This document shows, one piece after another, positions 47,957 to 57,806 of a stretch of 64,000 bases of DNA. The translations under genes were made by a program, and so were the position numbers. The notes under the pieces were generated by a model. The model was given only the letters and a program-made list of their open reading frames with translations. It had not been told where the DNA came from and ran no database searches. Source of the stretch: Minisyncoccota bacterium (GTDB lineage Bacteria; Patescibacteriota; Minisyncoccia; Phycocordibacterales; SBAW01); assembly GCA_035546575.1 (NCBI GenBank), contig DASZWN010000002.1, forward strand, positions 96,681 to 160,680. The letters run 5' to 3'. Position 1 is the first letter of the stretch, and each line of letters opens with the position of its first letter.

Positions 47957-49351
47957 CTAAAAATCCTGCTTCGCTCCCTCAAACACGCCGAAGTCGGTTT
48001 TATCTACTGAGGTAAAGGTAGTGCGCTTTTCGTCAAAGTAGAGCTCCACTTTACCCACCGGGCCGTTGCGGTGCTTCTCGATCAAAATCTCGGCAATGTT
48101 TGTCTTTTCTGTCTCACGATTTTGCTTGTCTTCGCGATGGATAAACATAACGACGTCGGCATCCTGCTCGATAGAGCCCGAGTCGCGCAGGTCGGAGAGG
48201 CGGGGCTTGCCACCGCGTTGCTCCACCGCGCGGCTGAGTTGCGAGAGTGCCAGTACGGGCACGTCGAGCTCGCGCGCGAGTGTTTTAAGCGAGCGGGAGA
48301 TCTCGGTAACTTGCTGCACCAAGCTGTCGGTAGCGCGGGCGCCGGTAGGCACCATCAGCTGGAGGTAGTCCACAATAAGGAGTCCGAGACCGTGTTCGCG
48401 CTTCATGCGGCGGGCAACTGCGCGCATTTTGAGGATATTGCTGCCCGGTTGGTCGTCGATAAATATAGGCGCCTGGCTGAGGCGGTCGTAGGCGTCGCGG
48501 ATACGAGTGAAGTCCTCTTGATCGGTAATGTGTCCCGTGCGCAAACTCCAGGAGTTTACGCGCGCCTCGGCGGCAACCATGCGGTCGATGAGTTGCTGCG
48601 CGGACATCTCGAGCGAGAATATGCCCACCGGGGTCTTGTAGAGCGTTGCCGACTGGCGGGCAATATCGAGCGCGAGCGAGGTCTTACCGACCGATGGGCG
48701 AGCAGCCAAGATAATAAGGTCGGACTTTTGGAGCCCCGCCAACATGTTATCGAGGTCTTTAAAGCCCGTGCGCACACCGCGCAACTCGTCTCGGTGTTCG
48801 TGGAGGTGCTCGAGGCGTGCCCAGGCGTCGGCGAGCGACTCGCGGAGCGACGTAAATTTAGAAAGGGTAGGGGTCGAGGTAACTTCGTAGACTTTTTTCT
48901 CGGCCTTGTCGAGCGTCTGGTCCAAATCCTCGCCCTCGTCAAAGCCGAGTTCGGCAATATACTCGCCCGCGTCAATCAAATTACGCAGCATGTATTTTTT
49001 TTGTACCTGGGCAGCGTAATGGCGAGCGTTAGATGCCGCAGGCACATCGCTTACTAAGTCGGCCAAGTAGGCGGCACCACCGATGCTCTCGAGTTGTTTT
49101 TGGTCGGCAAGCGCCCCTCGCAAACTCTCGATATCGATTGGCTCGTTTTTGCTCCAGAGCCCAAGCATTGCGCGATAGATGATGCGATGTTTTTCGCTGT
49201 AAAAGGCGTCGGCAGAAAGTATGTCGGTCGACTCGGCCATGCCCTCCGGGCGCAACATAAGTGCGCCTAAAAGTGCACGCTCGGTCTCGAGCGTTTGCGG
49301 CGGCACGCGCAAGGGGTCGTTCTTTTTCTGCTTAGTATATTTCTCGGCCAT
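47957..49351 (-). CDS. dnaB: Replicative DNA helicase
   Basis: AARPSVGKT, FSLEMS, VDYLQL, LSQLSR, DLRDSGSIEQDAD, KHRNGP; no intein; start ATG 49351. Confidence 0.97.
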   Translation of the reverse strand: MAEKYTKQKKNDPLRVPPQTLETERALLGALMLRPEGMAESTDILSADAFYSEKHRIIYRAMLGLWSKNEPIDIESLRGALADQKQLESIGGAAYLADLVSDVPAASNARHYAAQVQKKYMLRNLIDAGEYIAELGFDEGEDLDQTLDKAEKKVYEVTSTPTLSKFTSLRESLADAWARLEHLHEHRDELRGVRTGFKDLDNMLAGLQKSDLIILAARPSVGKTSLALDIARQSATLYKTPVGIFSLEMSAQQLIDRMVAAEARVNSWSLRTGHITDQEDFTRIRDAYDRLSQAPIFIDDQPGSNILKMRAVARRMKREHGLGLLIVDYLQLMVPTGARATDSLVQQVTEISRSLKTLARELDVPVLALSQLSRAVEQRGGKPRLSDLRDSGSIEQDADVVMFIHREDKQNRETEKTNIAEILIEKHRNGPVGKVELYFDEKRTTFTSVDKTDFGVFEGAKQDF

Positions 49352-49502
49352 TAGCTCTATGGTACCCCTTTTATCTGCCCGCAAAAAGCAACCTCAAAAC
49401 CCAAACTATGTGGGTATGTGGATATAGGGGGGATAATGAAAAGCCAGCCTTATTTTGCTATAGTGCCTGTAGAGGGGATTGCACGTTGATAGGAGCGGCG
49501 CA

Positions 49503-50045
49503 ATGAACGCCAAACAGAGGTACGAAAAATCAGACAAATCCATCAGGACGCTTCTTCCTGCAGAGTTTTTTGAGACGCTATGTAAGAACTTGGAGGCAAA
49601 GCCTCAGAACGGCGCACCTCTAGGTTCTCGTATGGCCACTGTTGTATACGGCGGCGATACGTTCTGGGTCACTTTTTTTGACGTTGCGACCCAGAAGGCT
49701 CTGCAGCAGATCCATGACTTTACTCGTCAGTCGGCCATGCCCGAAAATACCAGCGACTACGACTGGCTCGAGAATGAGATCGCGGCTATCAAGCAGGAAG
49801 GAGAAACAGGACGCTGGAAGGCAAAGACCGGATTCCTCCTGTTCTATCTGAACGACCCGAGGAAGGGGGAGTATGTGCCGCCGGTACTTAGTGTCCGGCT
49901 CACGACCGAAGGCGATGTCATCCGCACCGATACGAAGCCGGCGTCGGTTATTGGCATGCGGAAAGCGCTCGAGGGTCTTATCCACCAGAAGCGCCCGGAG
50001 AACCTGGAATATGTTGTGTCCAATCTGCCCAAGGCCGACACATAA
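49503..50045 (+). CDS. Hypothetical (orphan) protein
   Basis: 180-aa ORF, TAGGAG SD. Confidence 0.65.
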   Translation: MNAKQRYEKSDKSIRTLLPAEFFETLCKNLEAKPQNGAPLGSRMATVVYGGDTFWVTFFDVATQKALQQIHDFTRQSAMPENTSDYDWLENEIAAIKQEGETGRWKAKTGFLLFYLNDPRKGEYVPPVLSVRLTTEGDVIRTDTKPASVIGMRKALEGLIHQKRPENLEYVVSNLPKADT

Positions 50046-50087
50046 CCTGCGTACTGTCGCGGAACAAGCTTTAGCTGTTCCGCGACT

Positions 50088-51536
50088 TTATTTTTTTACC
50101 ACCTCAGATCTTTCCGGCAAATCTTTTATTTCATAGCCCGCACCTTCTATTTTTTTGCGTAGCTCGTCTGCTTTTTCAAATTCTTTTGCTTTGCGCGCCG
50201 CTTCGCGCTCCTCCATGAGTGTTTGCACCTCTTCCGGCAAATCCGATTTTTCGACTACTTTTATTGTGGCGCTTGGTCGAGCATCGGAGAGCCCAAGCCC
50301 GAGTACGCGGTCTGCAAGCAGAATGCCTGCGCGTTTGCCGGCCGGAGAAACAGTAGTGTCTTTTGTAAATTCCCACACGCGAGCAATCGCGCTTGGGGTA
50401 TCGAGGTCATTGCTAAGTGCCGCATATAACTCTTTTTTAAACTGCTCAGGCACACTGCCGCCCTGCGGCAGCTCTAGGAATGTGCGCGAAAGGCGCGAGA
50501 GCGCCTGCGAGGCGCCCTCCATTGCCTCCCAGGTAAAGTTCATCGGCGTGCGGTAGTGCGCGGTGAGGAAGAGGTAGCGCAGTGCGCGTGCCGAGTAGCC
50601 GCGGTCGATAATATTGCGCAGGTACACGGTGTTGCCAAGCGACTTAGAAATCTTTTTGCCCTCGATCGTGATAAACGCGCCGTGCATCCAATAGCGCACA
50701 TATTGTTTGCCGGTAATAGCCTCCGCCTGCGCTATCTCGTTGTTGTGGTGGACCGGAATATGGTCGATGCCGCCGGTGTGGATGTCGATCTGTTTGCCAA
50801 GGAGCTTAAAAATCATCGCAGTGCACTCGATATGCCAGCCGGGGAAGCCCTTGCCCCACGGCGACTTCCACTCCTGCTGGCGCTTTTCGCCTTTTTTAGA
50901 AAACTTCCAGAGCGCAAAGTCGTGCGGGCTCTTTTTTTGCATATTTTCCTCAACACGCGCGCCCTCTTTAAGATGCTCGAGGTCGATATGCCCCAGCTTG
51001 CCGTACTCTTTAAATTTTGCCGTATCAAAATAGATGCCGTCGTCTATCTGGTACGCATAGCCCTTTTCCCACAAAGCTTTTACGAGTGCTATTTGCTCGG
51101 CGATAAATTTTGTGGCGCGGGGGAATTGGATCTTGCTGCGGTCGATACCAACCTGGTCGAGATCCTTAAAAAAGAGATCAGTTACGCGCTCGGCAATATC
51201 TTGCGCGCGAAGCCCCTGCTTTTTGGCACTTGCTTCCATTTTGTCTTCGCCTTCGTCGGCATCGGACACCAGATGGCCTACGTCGGTGATATTGATAACC
51301 TGACGCACCTTATAACCCCAGAGATTAAGCACTCTTCGCAGGGTGTCGGCAAAAATATACGCTTTGAGATTGCCGATATGCTGCTCGTCGTAGACGGTCG
51401 GCCCGCAGTTGTACATGCTCACCTGGCTGCGCGACAGAGGCTCAAATACGTCGAGGTTGCCCGAAAGGGTATTGTGGAAACGCAAAGGCGGCAATTCAGC
51501 CTTGTCTCGCTTCTTAAAAAATGAAAATAGGCCCAT
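50088..51536 (-). CDS. cysS: Cysteine--tRNA ligase
   Basis: YNCGPTVY..HIGN, DFALWK, PGWHIEC, HNNEIAQ, KISKSLGN. Confidence 0.97.
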   Translation of the reverse strand: MGLFSFFKKRDKAELPPLRFHNTLSGNLDVFEPLSRSQVSMYNCGPTVYDEQHIGNLKAYIFADTLRRVLNLWGYKVRQVINITDVGHLVSDADEGEDKMEASAKKQGLRAQDIAERVTDLFFKDLDQVGIDRSKIQFPRATKFIAEQIALVKALWEKGYAYQIDDGIYFDTAKFKEYGKLGHIDLEHLKEGARVEENMQKKSPHDFALWKFSKKGEKRQQEWKSPWGKGFPGWHIECTAMIFKLLGKQIDIHTGGIDHIPVHHNNEIAQAEAITGKQYVRYWMHGAFITIEGKKISKSLGNTVYLRNIIDRGYSARALRYLFLTAHYRTPMNFTWEAMEGASQALSRLSRTFLELPQGGSVPEQFKKELYAALSNDLDTPSAIARVWEFTKDTTVSPAGKRAGILLADRVLGLGLSDARPSATIKVVEKSDLPEEVQTLMEEREAARKAKEFEKADELRKKIEGAGYEIKDLPERSEVVKK

Positions 51537-51545
51537 ATCGCTCTA

Positions 51546-52457
51546 TTACAACCATTCTTTATGCTTGAAGTAAAGGAAGCACCCGATTGCAAGCACCACC
51601 ATGCCGCTCACGATTATCCAAAAGTCATAGGCGCTCCCGACGATCGGATTGTTCATCGTGTTCATGCCAAAAACGCCCGCAATAAAGGAGAGCGGAAGGA
51701 AGAGGAACGCGAGCACGGTGAGCGTCTTCATTACCTCATTTTGTTTAGTCGAAAGGAGGCTGTTGTTGGTCTCGCGCAGCTCGACCATCGAGCTCTGCAG
51801 GTTGTCGAGCGTGCGCTCCACGCGCTCCTCGAGGCCGATGAGGTCGCGTAGGTAGTAAGAAAATTCGGGGCCAAAGAGGCGTGAGGTAACCGGCTCCATG
51901 GAGGTGAGCATCTCTTTATGCGGTGCAAGCGCATCGCGGAAGTCGTGTATCACGCGTCCGATCTGCGAGAGCTCGATCACCATTTGCCGTTCCGCGCCCT
52001 TAAAGATGCGATCCTCGGTGTCTTGGAGGCGCCGGCGGATCGTTTGCGACTCGTTGATAAGCGCCTCGTAGAGCGAGCGCGCAAGCGCCGTAAAGAGGTG
52101 CCCTCCGTGCGTATGGCTCATGGGCTTTCCCAGCACCGTTGATACCTCAAAGGCTTGCGCAAAGGCATGCAAAGGGTCGATTGTTTCGTAGCGGGTGGTA
52201 ATGAGGAAGTTTTTTCCGATAATAAAGTCGATCTCTTGCTCTTGGCGCTCGGATGCGCCCCGCATGATAGGGAAGTGGAGTATCACGTAGATAATATCTC
52301 CGCGGCGCTCCACCTTGGGTTTAAACGAAGGCACGAGTAATTCCTCGGCAATAAGCGGATCAATACCAAACTCGTGCATGAGCGAGCGCACCTCGGCCGA
52401 TGTTGGAGCAACGAGGTCAATCCACGAGGCATTTTTTTGCCCCCAGCGCGTGAGCAT
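51546..52457 (-). CDS. corA: CorA family divalent cation transporter
   Basis: NEVMKTLT..P..GVFGMN and two C-terminal TMs; start ATG 52457. Confidence 0.88.
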   Translation of the reverse strand: MLTRWGQKNASWIDLVAPTSAEVRSLMHEFGIDPLIAEELLVPSFKPKVERRGDIIYVILHFPIMRGASERQEQEIDFIIGKNFLITTRYETIDPLHAFAQAFEVSTVLGKPMSHTHGGHLFTALARSLYEALINESQTIRRRLQDTEDRIFKGAERQMVIELSQIGRVIHDFRDALAPHKEMLTSMEPVTSRLFGPEFSYYLRDLIGLEERVERTLDNLQSSMVELRETNNSLLSTKQNEVMKTLTVLAFLFLPLSFIAGVFGMNTMNNPIVGSAYDFWIIVSGMVVLAIGCFLYFKHKEWL

Positions 52458-52506
52458 ACAGAAAAAGTATACCACCCAAAAATCTTCGTATGCTATACTT
52501 ATTTGT

Positions 52507-53736
52507 ATGATTACAAACAGATGGAAAGCGCTTGGCATTGTTGCCATCGTGGCCGTTGCTTTTGGCGCCGGACTCTACACTGGTGTTGCGCAGCAGATTG
52601 CAAACACTGTTTCCGCACAGAGTATTACTACTTTTACTTCTGCTAAAGAGCCGAGCGATGTCGATGTCTCGCAACTCTGGAAGGCATGGAACTTGCTTCA
52701 CGATAATTACGTTCCGACACACGCTTCGAGTACGATCCCGACCTCGCAAGAGCAGCTCTACGGCGCTATTGCGGGCCTGACCGCAAGTTATGGCGACCCC
52801 TACACCGTATTTTTCCCTCCCGCAGACGCGCAGGTATTCCAAGAGGACATCAGCGGCGCGTTTGGCGGCGTGGGCATGGAGGTGGGCACCAAAGACGGCC
52901 AAGTGGTTGTTGTGGCGCCGCTTAAAGACTCGCCAGCCGAGAAAGCGGGCGTGCACAGCGGCGACGTGATTCTTGCTATCGACGGCAAGTCGACCGAAGG
53001 CATGGGGTCCGACGATGCTATCAAACTTATCCGCGGCAAAGTCGGCACTAGTGTCAAGCTGATCCTTGGCCGCACCGGCGAGACAAAGCCGGTTGAGATA
53101 ACGATTGTACGCGACACGATCAATATTCCGGTGCTCAAGAGCTATAAACGCTCCGACGGTATCTTTGTGATCGAGCTCTACAGCTTCTCGGCAAATTCGG
53201 CGGATCTCTTCCGCTCGGCACTGCGCGACTTCTTTACCTCCGGATCTACAAAAATGATCATCGACCTGCGCGGCAACCCGGGCGGATACCTGGAGGCAGC
53301 CGTCGACATGGCGAGCTACTTCTTGCCTGTGGGCGACACGGTGGTGAGCGAGGACTTTAAGGGCAAACAGCCTACCATCGTGCATCGCTCGGTCGGCTAC
53401 GATGTATTCAAAAATAAAAAACTCTCGCTCGCTATCCTGATAGACCAAGGGTCAGCCTCGGCGTCAGAAATCTTGGCAGGCGCGCTCCAACAGCAGTTTG
53501 GCGCAAAGCTTGTCGGTACGCGCTCCTTCGGTAAAGGCTCGGTGCAGCAGCTCATGGAGCTCGGCGGCGGAGCAGAGCTTAAGGTAACCATCGCCCGCTG
53601 GCTCACACCGAACGGCTCCTCGATCTCCGACGGCGGCCTCACTCCGGATATCAATGCAACTACAACCGCGGCGCAGTTCCAGGCAGGTAACGATCCGCAA
53701 AAAGACGCCGCAGTCCTCTGGCTTACACAGCAGTAG
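52507..53736 (+). CDS. ctpA: Carboxyl-terminal processing protease (S41) with PDZ domain
   Basis: DPYT, GVGME, DLRGNPGG, SASASEI, FGKGSVQ. Confidence 0.92.
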   Translation: MITNRWKALGIVAIVAVAFGAGLYTGVAQQIANTVSAQSITTFTSAKEPSDVDVSQLWKAWNLLHDNYVPTHASSTIPTSQEQLYGAIAGLTASYGDPYTVFFPPADAQVFQEDISGAFGGVGMEVGTKDGQVVVVAPLKDSPAEKAGVHSGDVILAIDGKSTEGMGSDDAIKLIRGKVGTSVKLILGRTGETKPVEITIVRDTINIPVLKSYKRSDGIFVIELYSFSANSADLFRSALRDFFTSGSTKMIIDLRGNPGGYLEAAVDMASYFLPVGDTVVSEDFKGKQPTIVHRSVGYDVFKNKKLSLAILIDQGSASASEILAGALQQQFGAKLVGTRSFGKGSVQQLMELGGGAELKVTIARWLTPNGSSISDGGLTPDINATTTAAQFQAGNDPQKDAAVLWLTQQ

Positions 53737-53757
53737 GAATTCTGATATAGTCGGGTC

Positions 53758-54207
53758 ATGAAAGTAATACTGCTCAAGGACGTACGGAATGTTGGCCATA
53801 TTGGCGAGGTTAAAAACGTCGCCGACGGCTATGCGCGTAACTTTCTCTTCCCGCAAAAGCTCGCCGAGCCGGCAACGGAGGAAAAGGTGGCTGCAGTAGA
53901 AACTAAAAAGAAAGAGCACGAGGCCGCTATACAGAAAGAGGAGGAGGCGCTTACAGCCAAGATCATGCAGCTGCGCGGCAAAAAGGTAGTGCTTTCCGCC
54001 CGCGCAACCGAGAAGGGGGGCCTCTTTAAGGCAATCGCGGCTAAAGACGTGTTGCGTGCGATAAAAGCCGAGCACAATATCGATATTCCGGAGGAGGCGA
54101 TCGAGTTCCCCGACCATATCAAAACAGTCGGTGAACACGCGGCACTTTTGCGCAGCAAAACCCAAAAAGTAGAGCTCGTGGTCGCTATAGTAGCCGCAGC
54201 AGCATAA
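53758..54207 (+). CDS. rplI: 50S ribosomal protein L9
   Basis: [21 protein letters not shown]. Confidence 0.97.
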   Translation: MKVILLKDVRNVGHIGEVKNVADGYARNFLFPQKLAEPATEEKVAAVETKKKEHEAAIQKEEEALTAKIMQLRGKKVVLSARATEKGGLFKAIAAKDVLRAIKAEHNIDIPEEAIEFPDHIKTVGEHAALLRSKTQKVELVVAIVAAAA

Positions 54208-54244
54208 ATCAAAAACCCGCTCAAGATGGAGCGGGTTTTTGATT
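54207..54244. terminator. Bidirectional terminator between rplI and rpmA
   Basis: AATCAAAAACCCGCTC..GAGCGGGTTTTTGATT. Confidence 0.85.
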
Positions 54245-54257
54245 ATTTTTTTAGAAA

Positions 54258-54536
54258 TTATTTGGCCAGGACGTCGACTACCGGGCGGACTTTGGTCTTG
54301 CCGGCAAAGCTTGTCTTGCGGGCGGTGCGGAATGAGACGATACCGTTAATGAGCGAGAAAATAGTGTGGTCCTTGCCGAGGCCGACATTCTTGCCGACCA
54401 TGTAGCGGGTACCGCGCTGGCGGACGATAATAGCACCAGGCTGTGCTACCTCGCCGGCATAAAGCTTAACCCCAAGGAATTTCGCCTGGGAGTCGGTAAG
54501 GTTTTTAGCTGAGCCGCCTGCTTTTTTATGTGCCAT
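54258..54536 (-). CDS. rpmA: 50S ribosomal protein L27
   Basis: [28 protein letters not shown]. Confidence 0.98.
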   Translation of the reverse strand: MAHKKAGGSAKNLTDSQAKFLGVKLYAGEVAQPGAIIVRQRGTRYMVGKNVGLGKDHTIFSLINGIVSFRTARKTSFAGKTKVRPVVDVLAK

Positions 54537-54559
54537 GGTGTGTTATATTTAGCCCATAT

Positions 54560-54748
54560 ATGATAGCAGATAAGGGGATACTCGGCAAGCCTGCCTTGCC
54601 GGTAGGCAAGAGGCATATAAGCACCCTCCTCATCGCTGCAATTGTTATACTGGTGGGTATTGCGGCATTCGGTCTGGGGCGCCTCTCGGCTCTGCAAGAG
54701 GGTAAACAGGGCCTAGTAATCCACCCCGCACCAACGCAACCCGAGTAA
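54560..54748 (+). CDS. Small single-TM hypothetical protein
   Basis: TM segment ending AFGLGRLS; start ATG 54560. Confidence 0.6.
   Translation: MIADKGILGKPALPVGKRHISTLLIAAIVILVGIAAFGLGRLSALQEGKQGLVIHPAPTQPE
54590..54610. repeat. REP-like palindrome, 21 nt, in frame inside the small ORF
   Basis: CCTGCCTTGCCGGTAGGCAAG, translated PALPVGK. Confidence 0.7.
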
Positions 54749-54750
54749 CT

Positions 54751-54999
54751 ATGATAAAAAACACCAAACGCGCCATTGTCTTTATAATCGCCATACTGTT
54801 CCTGATCCTGGGAGTAGTCGGGCTCGTGCTGCCGTTCCTCCAGGGGCTTTTATTCCTCGCCGTTGGCATGATACTGCTCTTTTTCCTCTTTCCATCGCTG
54901 CGCGAACGCACTCAGCAATACACGGTTAAATATCCGAAGTTCCATGCGCTTATGAACAGGCTCGAGCAGGTTATTGGCCGTATACTGGGAGACATCTGA
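54751..54999 (+). CDS. Small membrane protein (DUF454/PGPGW-like)
   Basis: LILGVVGLVLPFLQGLLF. Confidence 0.7.
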   Translation: MIKNTKRAIVFIIAILFLILGVVGLVLPFLQGLLFLAVGMILLFFLFPSLRERTQQYTVKYPKFHALMNRLEQVIGRILGDI

Positions 55000-55000
55000 T

Positions 55001-55603
55001 ATGTTGGCTGTCGATGTAGAGTCATCAGGAGTAGAGGCGCATGTACACTCAATCTTGAGTGTGGGTGCAGTCGACCTTGGGAACCCATCACGGCCGTTTT
55101 TTTATGAGGAGTGCCGCATCTGGGATGGGGCAAAGATGGAGGAAGAAGCCTTTGCCGTAAACGGCTCCTCGGTGGAACAGGCGACCGACCCAAAAAAGCA
55201 GACCGAGGCCGAGCTCGTGCACAAGTTTATCGCCTGGGCTACTCAGGCCGAGGACCGCACTTTTGCAGGCCAGAACGTCTCATTTGACCGCGACTTCCTC
55301 AAATATGCCGCCGGGCGCGCAGGGCATACCGACTGGCCGTTTGCGCACCGTACCATCGACACCCACACCCTATGCTGGATGCATATGGTTAAAAGGGGAC
55401 TGACTCCCCCTCTGGACCCCGAGAAAAAGCGCTCGGCGCTGGACCTCGACGCGATACTTGTGTACTGCGGCATCCCCGAGGAGCCGACGCCGCACAATGC
55501 GCTCACCGGCGCCAAGTCCCACGCCGAGGTGATCTCGCGCCTTTTGTACGACAAGAAACTGCTCCCGGATTTTGAGCAGTACGAGATACCCTGGAAGTCG
55601 TAA
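55001..55603 (+). CDS. DEDDh 3'-5' exonuclease family protein
   Basis: VDVESSG, GQNVSFDRDFL, IDT, HNAL. Confidence 0.85.
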   Translation: MLAVDVESSGVEAHVHSILSVGAVDLGNPSRPFFYEECRIWDGAKMEEEAFAVNGSSVEQATDPKKQTEAELVHKFIAWATQAEDRTFAGQNVSFDRDFLKYAAGRAGHTDWPFAHRTIDTHTLCWMHMVKRGLTPPLDPEKKRSALDLDAILVYCGIPEEPTPHNALTGAKSHAEVISRLLYDKKLLPDFEQYEIPWKS

Positions 55604-55608
55604 ATAAA

Positions 55609-55679
55609 CGGGCCGTAGTATATCGGCAGTACACATGCATGGGGTGCATGTAGGCCGGGTTCGATTCCCGGCGGCCCGA
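55609..55679 (+). tRNA. tRNA-Pro (GGG)
   Basis: CGGGCCG/CGGCCCG acceptor, CATGC-ATGGGGT-GCATG anticodon arm, GGTTCGATTCC. Confidence 0.93.
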
Positions 55680-55762
55680 ACGTAGACAGCTACTTGTTTC
55701 TATCGTCTAATTTTGATATAGTAGAGTCAGTTAGTTTCAATGTTCAACAAGGAGCGGTCGCT

Positions 55763-55960
55763 ATGACCACTATCGAATCCGGCGGGGTGATCCACTTTGT
55801 TCCGCCCAAAAGGCCGAGGGTCGACAGGGTTAATACCCTGATCAGCCTCAACGCCCGCGCACAGCGGGCCCAAAAGCCTCTCCTCATCAGTACCCTTGAT
55901 CTGCCTGGCCCAAACGGGCAACAGGCGGTAAAGGTCACTCAAAATGCCCCCGTTGCGTAA
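55763..55960 (+). CDS. Small orphan (65 aa)
   Basis: AAGGAG SD before ATG 55763; hairpin over the stop codon. Confidence 0.55.
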   Translation: MTTIESGGVIHFVPPKRPRVDRVNTLISLNARAQRAQKPLLISTLDLPGPNGQQAVKVTQNAPVA

Positions 55961-56168
55961 AGCGAGGGGGCATTTTACTTACACAATGTGAAGATAAGCG
56001 GAAGACACCGACTTTCTTTAGTCAAAGTCCTTTATTTGCAACGTATTCTGGCGTTCATGGGTGGGGGTTAAATCTTGTCAAGGGGTGCCTATTGACCCTA
56101 TTGACAAAAGTATGCTATCATTATCTTATCTCTAGCGCTGTCGAGCGCTGGAGCTTTTTTGTTTCTGG

Positions 56169-56188
56169 CTTGCCTACCGGTAGGCAGG
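56169..56188. repeat. REP-like palindrome, 20 nt, intergenic
   Basis: CTTGCCTACCGGTAGGCAGG. Confidence 0.8.
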
Positions 56189-56230
56189 GCTTACAAGTAA
56201 CCACTGTTCCGAAGCTGTTCGACTCTCATT

Positions 56231-56671
56231 ATGAATCTCACTGCATCTATCGCAATCGCAATCTCTGCAGCGTTTAACGTAACCCCTGCACAGTTGCCGC
56301 CGGCACCAATGCCGCAAGCACAGACAGTAGAAGAGTATGTTCGTTCGTACTTCTCTGACACGCCGATCCTTGCTGAGATCGCATCTTGCGAGTCACAGTT
56401 TAGACAGTTCGGAAAGGATGGTCAGGTAGTCCGCAACCCAACGAGCTCCGCAGTAGGCCTCTTCCAGATTATGTCGTCGATCCACTCCTCGTTCGCTGAC
56501 GAGAAGCTCGGCCTCGACATCAACACGCTCCAGGGTAACGCAGCCTATGCTCGCTACCTTTACCAGAAGGAGGGGACCAAGCCGTGGAATGCGTCTAAGG
56601 CATGCTGGTCTAAGAGCCAGGCATACCAGGACCTCAAGTCTGCACAGTCTCCGCTCGCAATCAATAAGTAA
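56231..56671 (+). CDS. Secreted lysozyme-fold/SLT-like lytic transglycosylase
   Basis: IASCES, SAVGLFQI, GNAAYARYLY, GTKPW. Confidence 0.85.
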   Translation: MNLTASIAIAISAAFNVTPAQLPPAPMPQAQTVEEYVRSYFSDTPILAEIASCESQFRQFGKDGQVVRNPTSSAVGLFQIMSSIHSSFADEKLGLDINTLQGNAAYARYLYQKEGTKPWNASKACWSKSQAYQDLKSAQSPLAINK

Positions 56672-56809
56672 TACTTAGCATAAGCTAAACAAAAACCGCC
56701 GGGGGAGAGCCCCAGGCGGTTTTTGTATTGTAACTACCCTATTGACCTAACTACAATATTTGTGGTACTTTATCCTGTAGCAAATCGTTCTCATGCGGAG
56801 GAATCACAC

Positions 56810-57181
56810 ATGGCTCAGAAAGTTGTTTTGGTGGTTGACGACGAGGAGGACTGGCGCTCAATCAGTAGGCGGGCCGCCGAGGAACTCGGCTGCGTGGTAG
56901 AAACGGCGCAGACTCTCCAGGCCGCCGTTGCACTGGTCGACCAGAAGAAGTACGACCTGATCATCTCGGACAACAGCATGCCCGCGGGCGACGAAGGTCT
57001 GACGCTGCTTACGCATATTCGCAACGCCGAGCTCAACAAGGACACCAAGTTCGTGCTCTTTACCGGAAGCCAGCAGACAGGTGTCCTGGTCCGGGCTGAA
57101 CGGTATGACGCGCGGTATGTCTACAAGCACGGCAGAAAGCTCATGAATGGCGTTATTGCCGACATTCTCGGCCTCAGGTAG
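56810..57181 (+). CDS. Single-domain response regulator receiver
   Basis: VLVVDDE, DLIISDNSMP, FTG, K; GGAGG SD. Confidence 0.85.
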   Translation: MAQKVVLVVDDEEDWRSISRRAAEELGCVVETAQTLQAAVALVDQKKYDLIISDNSMPAGDEGLTLLTHIRNAELNKDTKFVLFTGSQQTGVLVRAERYDARYVYKHGRKLMNGVIADILGLR

Positions 57182-57269
57182 CTATATAAAGGTTCGTCAG
57201 GCGCTCTCAAAAGGAGCGCCTTTCGTTTTGTAAAAAGTAGGGAAGTGCTCCCCTCTTTTTGGCGAGTTT

Positions 57270-57806
57270 TTATTTGTCTGCAGCAAGGTTGTGTATTTGT
57301 GAGTCAATCTTATTGAGTTCAGCGATCAGATTTGTAGACATATCACCGACCTCTTTTGATTGTGTGTATTCCCCAAACTCTGCTTCAAGTTTTGTGAGAT
57401 CTTCCTCTCTAAAAAGTCTATGAATAGCCTCAATTCTTCTATTATTAAATTTCCATAACTGATTAATTAATGGAGCTCCGCCTATAAAAATTCTTAATAG
57501 TTTAATCAAATTACCGAGAGTTTCTTCTTCCAAGTCATCCATTTTTACTTTATCGAATGGATCTGCCTCTTTTCTAATTTTTAGAATCTTCGCTTTGGTA
57601 ATGTACCCATAGAGAATAACCTTCAATAATTCTTCAGTACCCTGAGTTGCAACACTAAAAGCAGCAATGTTAAAACCTTTTTCAATTAATTTATCCTCAT
57701 ACTTTCTACCAATATTTTGAAAGCTTTTTATGAGGTCATCTTTGCGTTTCGAGAATTCTTCAAGTGCCCAGTTGATCTCAAGAGATTGAGGATAAGTGAA
57801 GGTCAT
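57270..57806 (-). CDS. AT-rich helical protein, possible HEPN domain
   Basis: TLGNLI followed by R-x4-H (RIEAIH); visibly AT-rich; start ATG 57806. Confidence 0.6.
   Translation of the reverse strand: MTFTYPQSLEINWALEEFSKRKDDLIKSFQNIGRKYEDKLIEKGFNIAAFSVATQGTEELLKVILYGYITKAKILKIRKEADPFDKVKMDDLEEETLGNLIKLLRIFIGGAPLINQLWKFNNRRIEAIHRLFREEDLTKLEAEFGEYTQSKEVGDMSTNLIAELNKIDSQIHNLAADK

Noticed and set aside
49400-49445. DnaA-box-like TGTGGATAT and GGGGATAA upstream of dnaB
   Set aside because: Imperfect and too few to indicate an origin.
48071-53448. Long antisense ORFs over dnaB, cysS and ctpA
   Set aside because: Expected shadows of conserved genes with biased codon usage; no motifs or expression signals.
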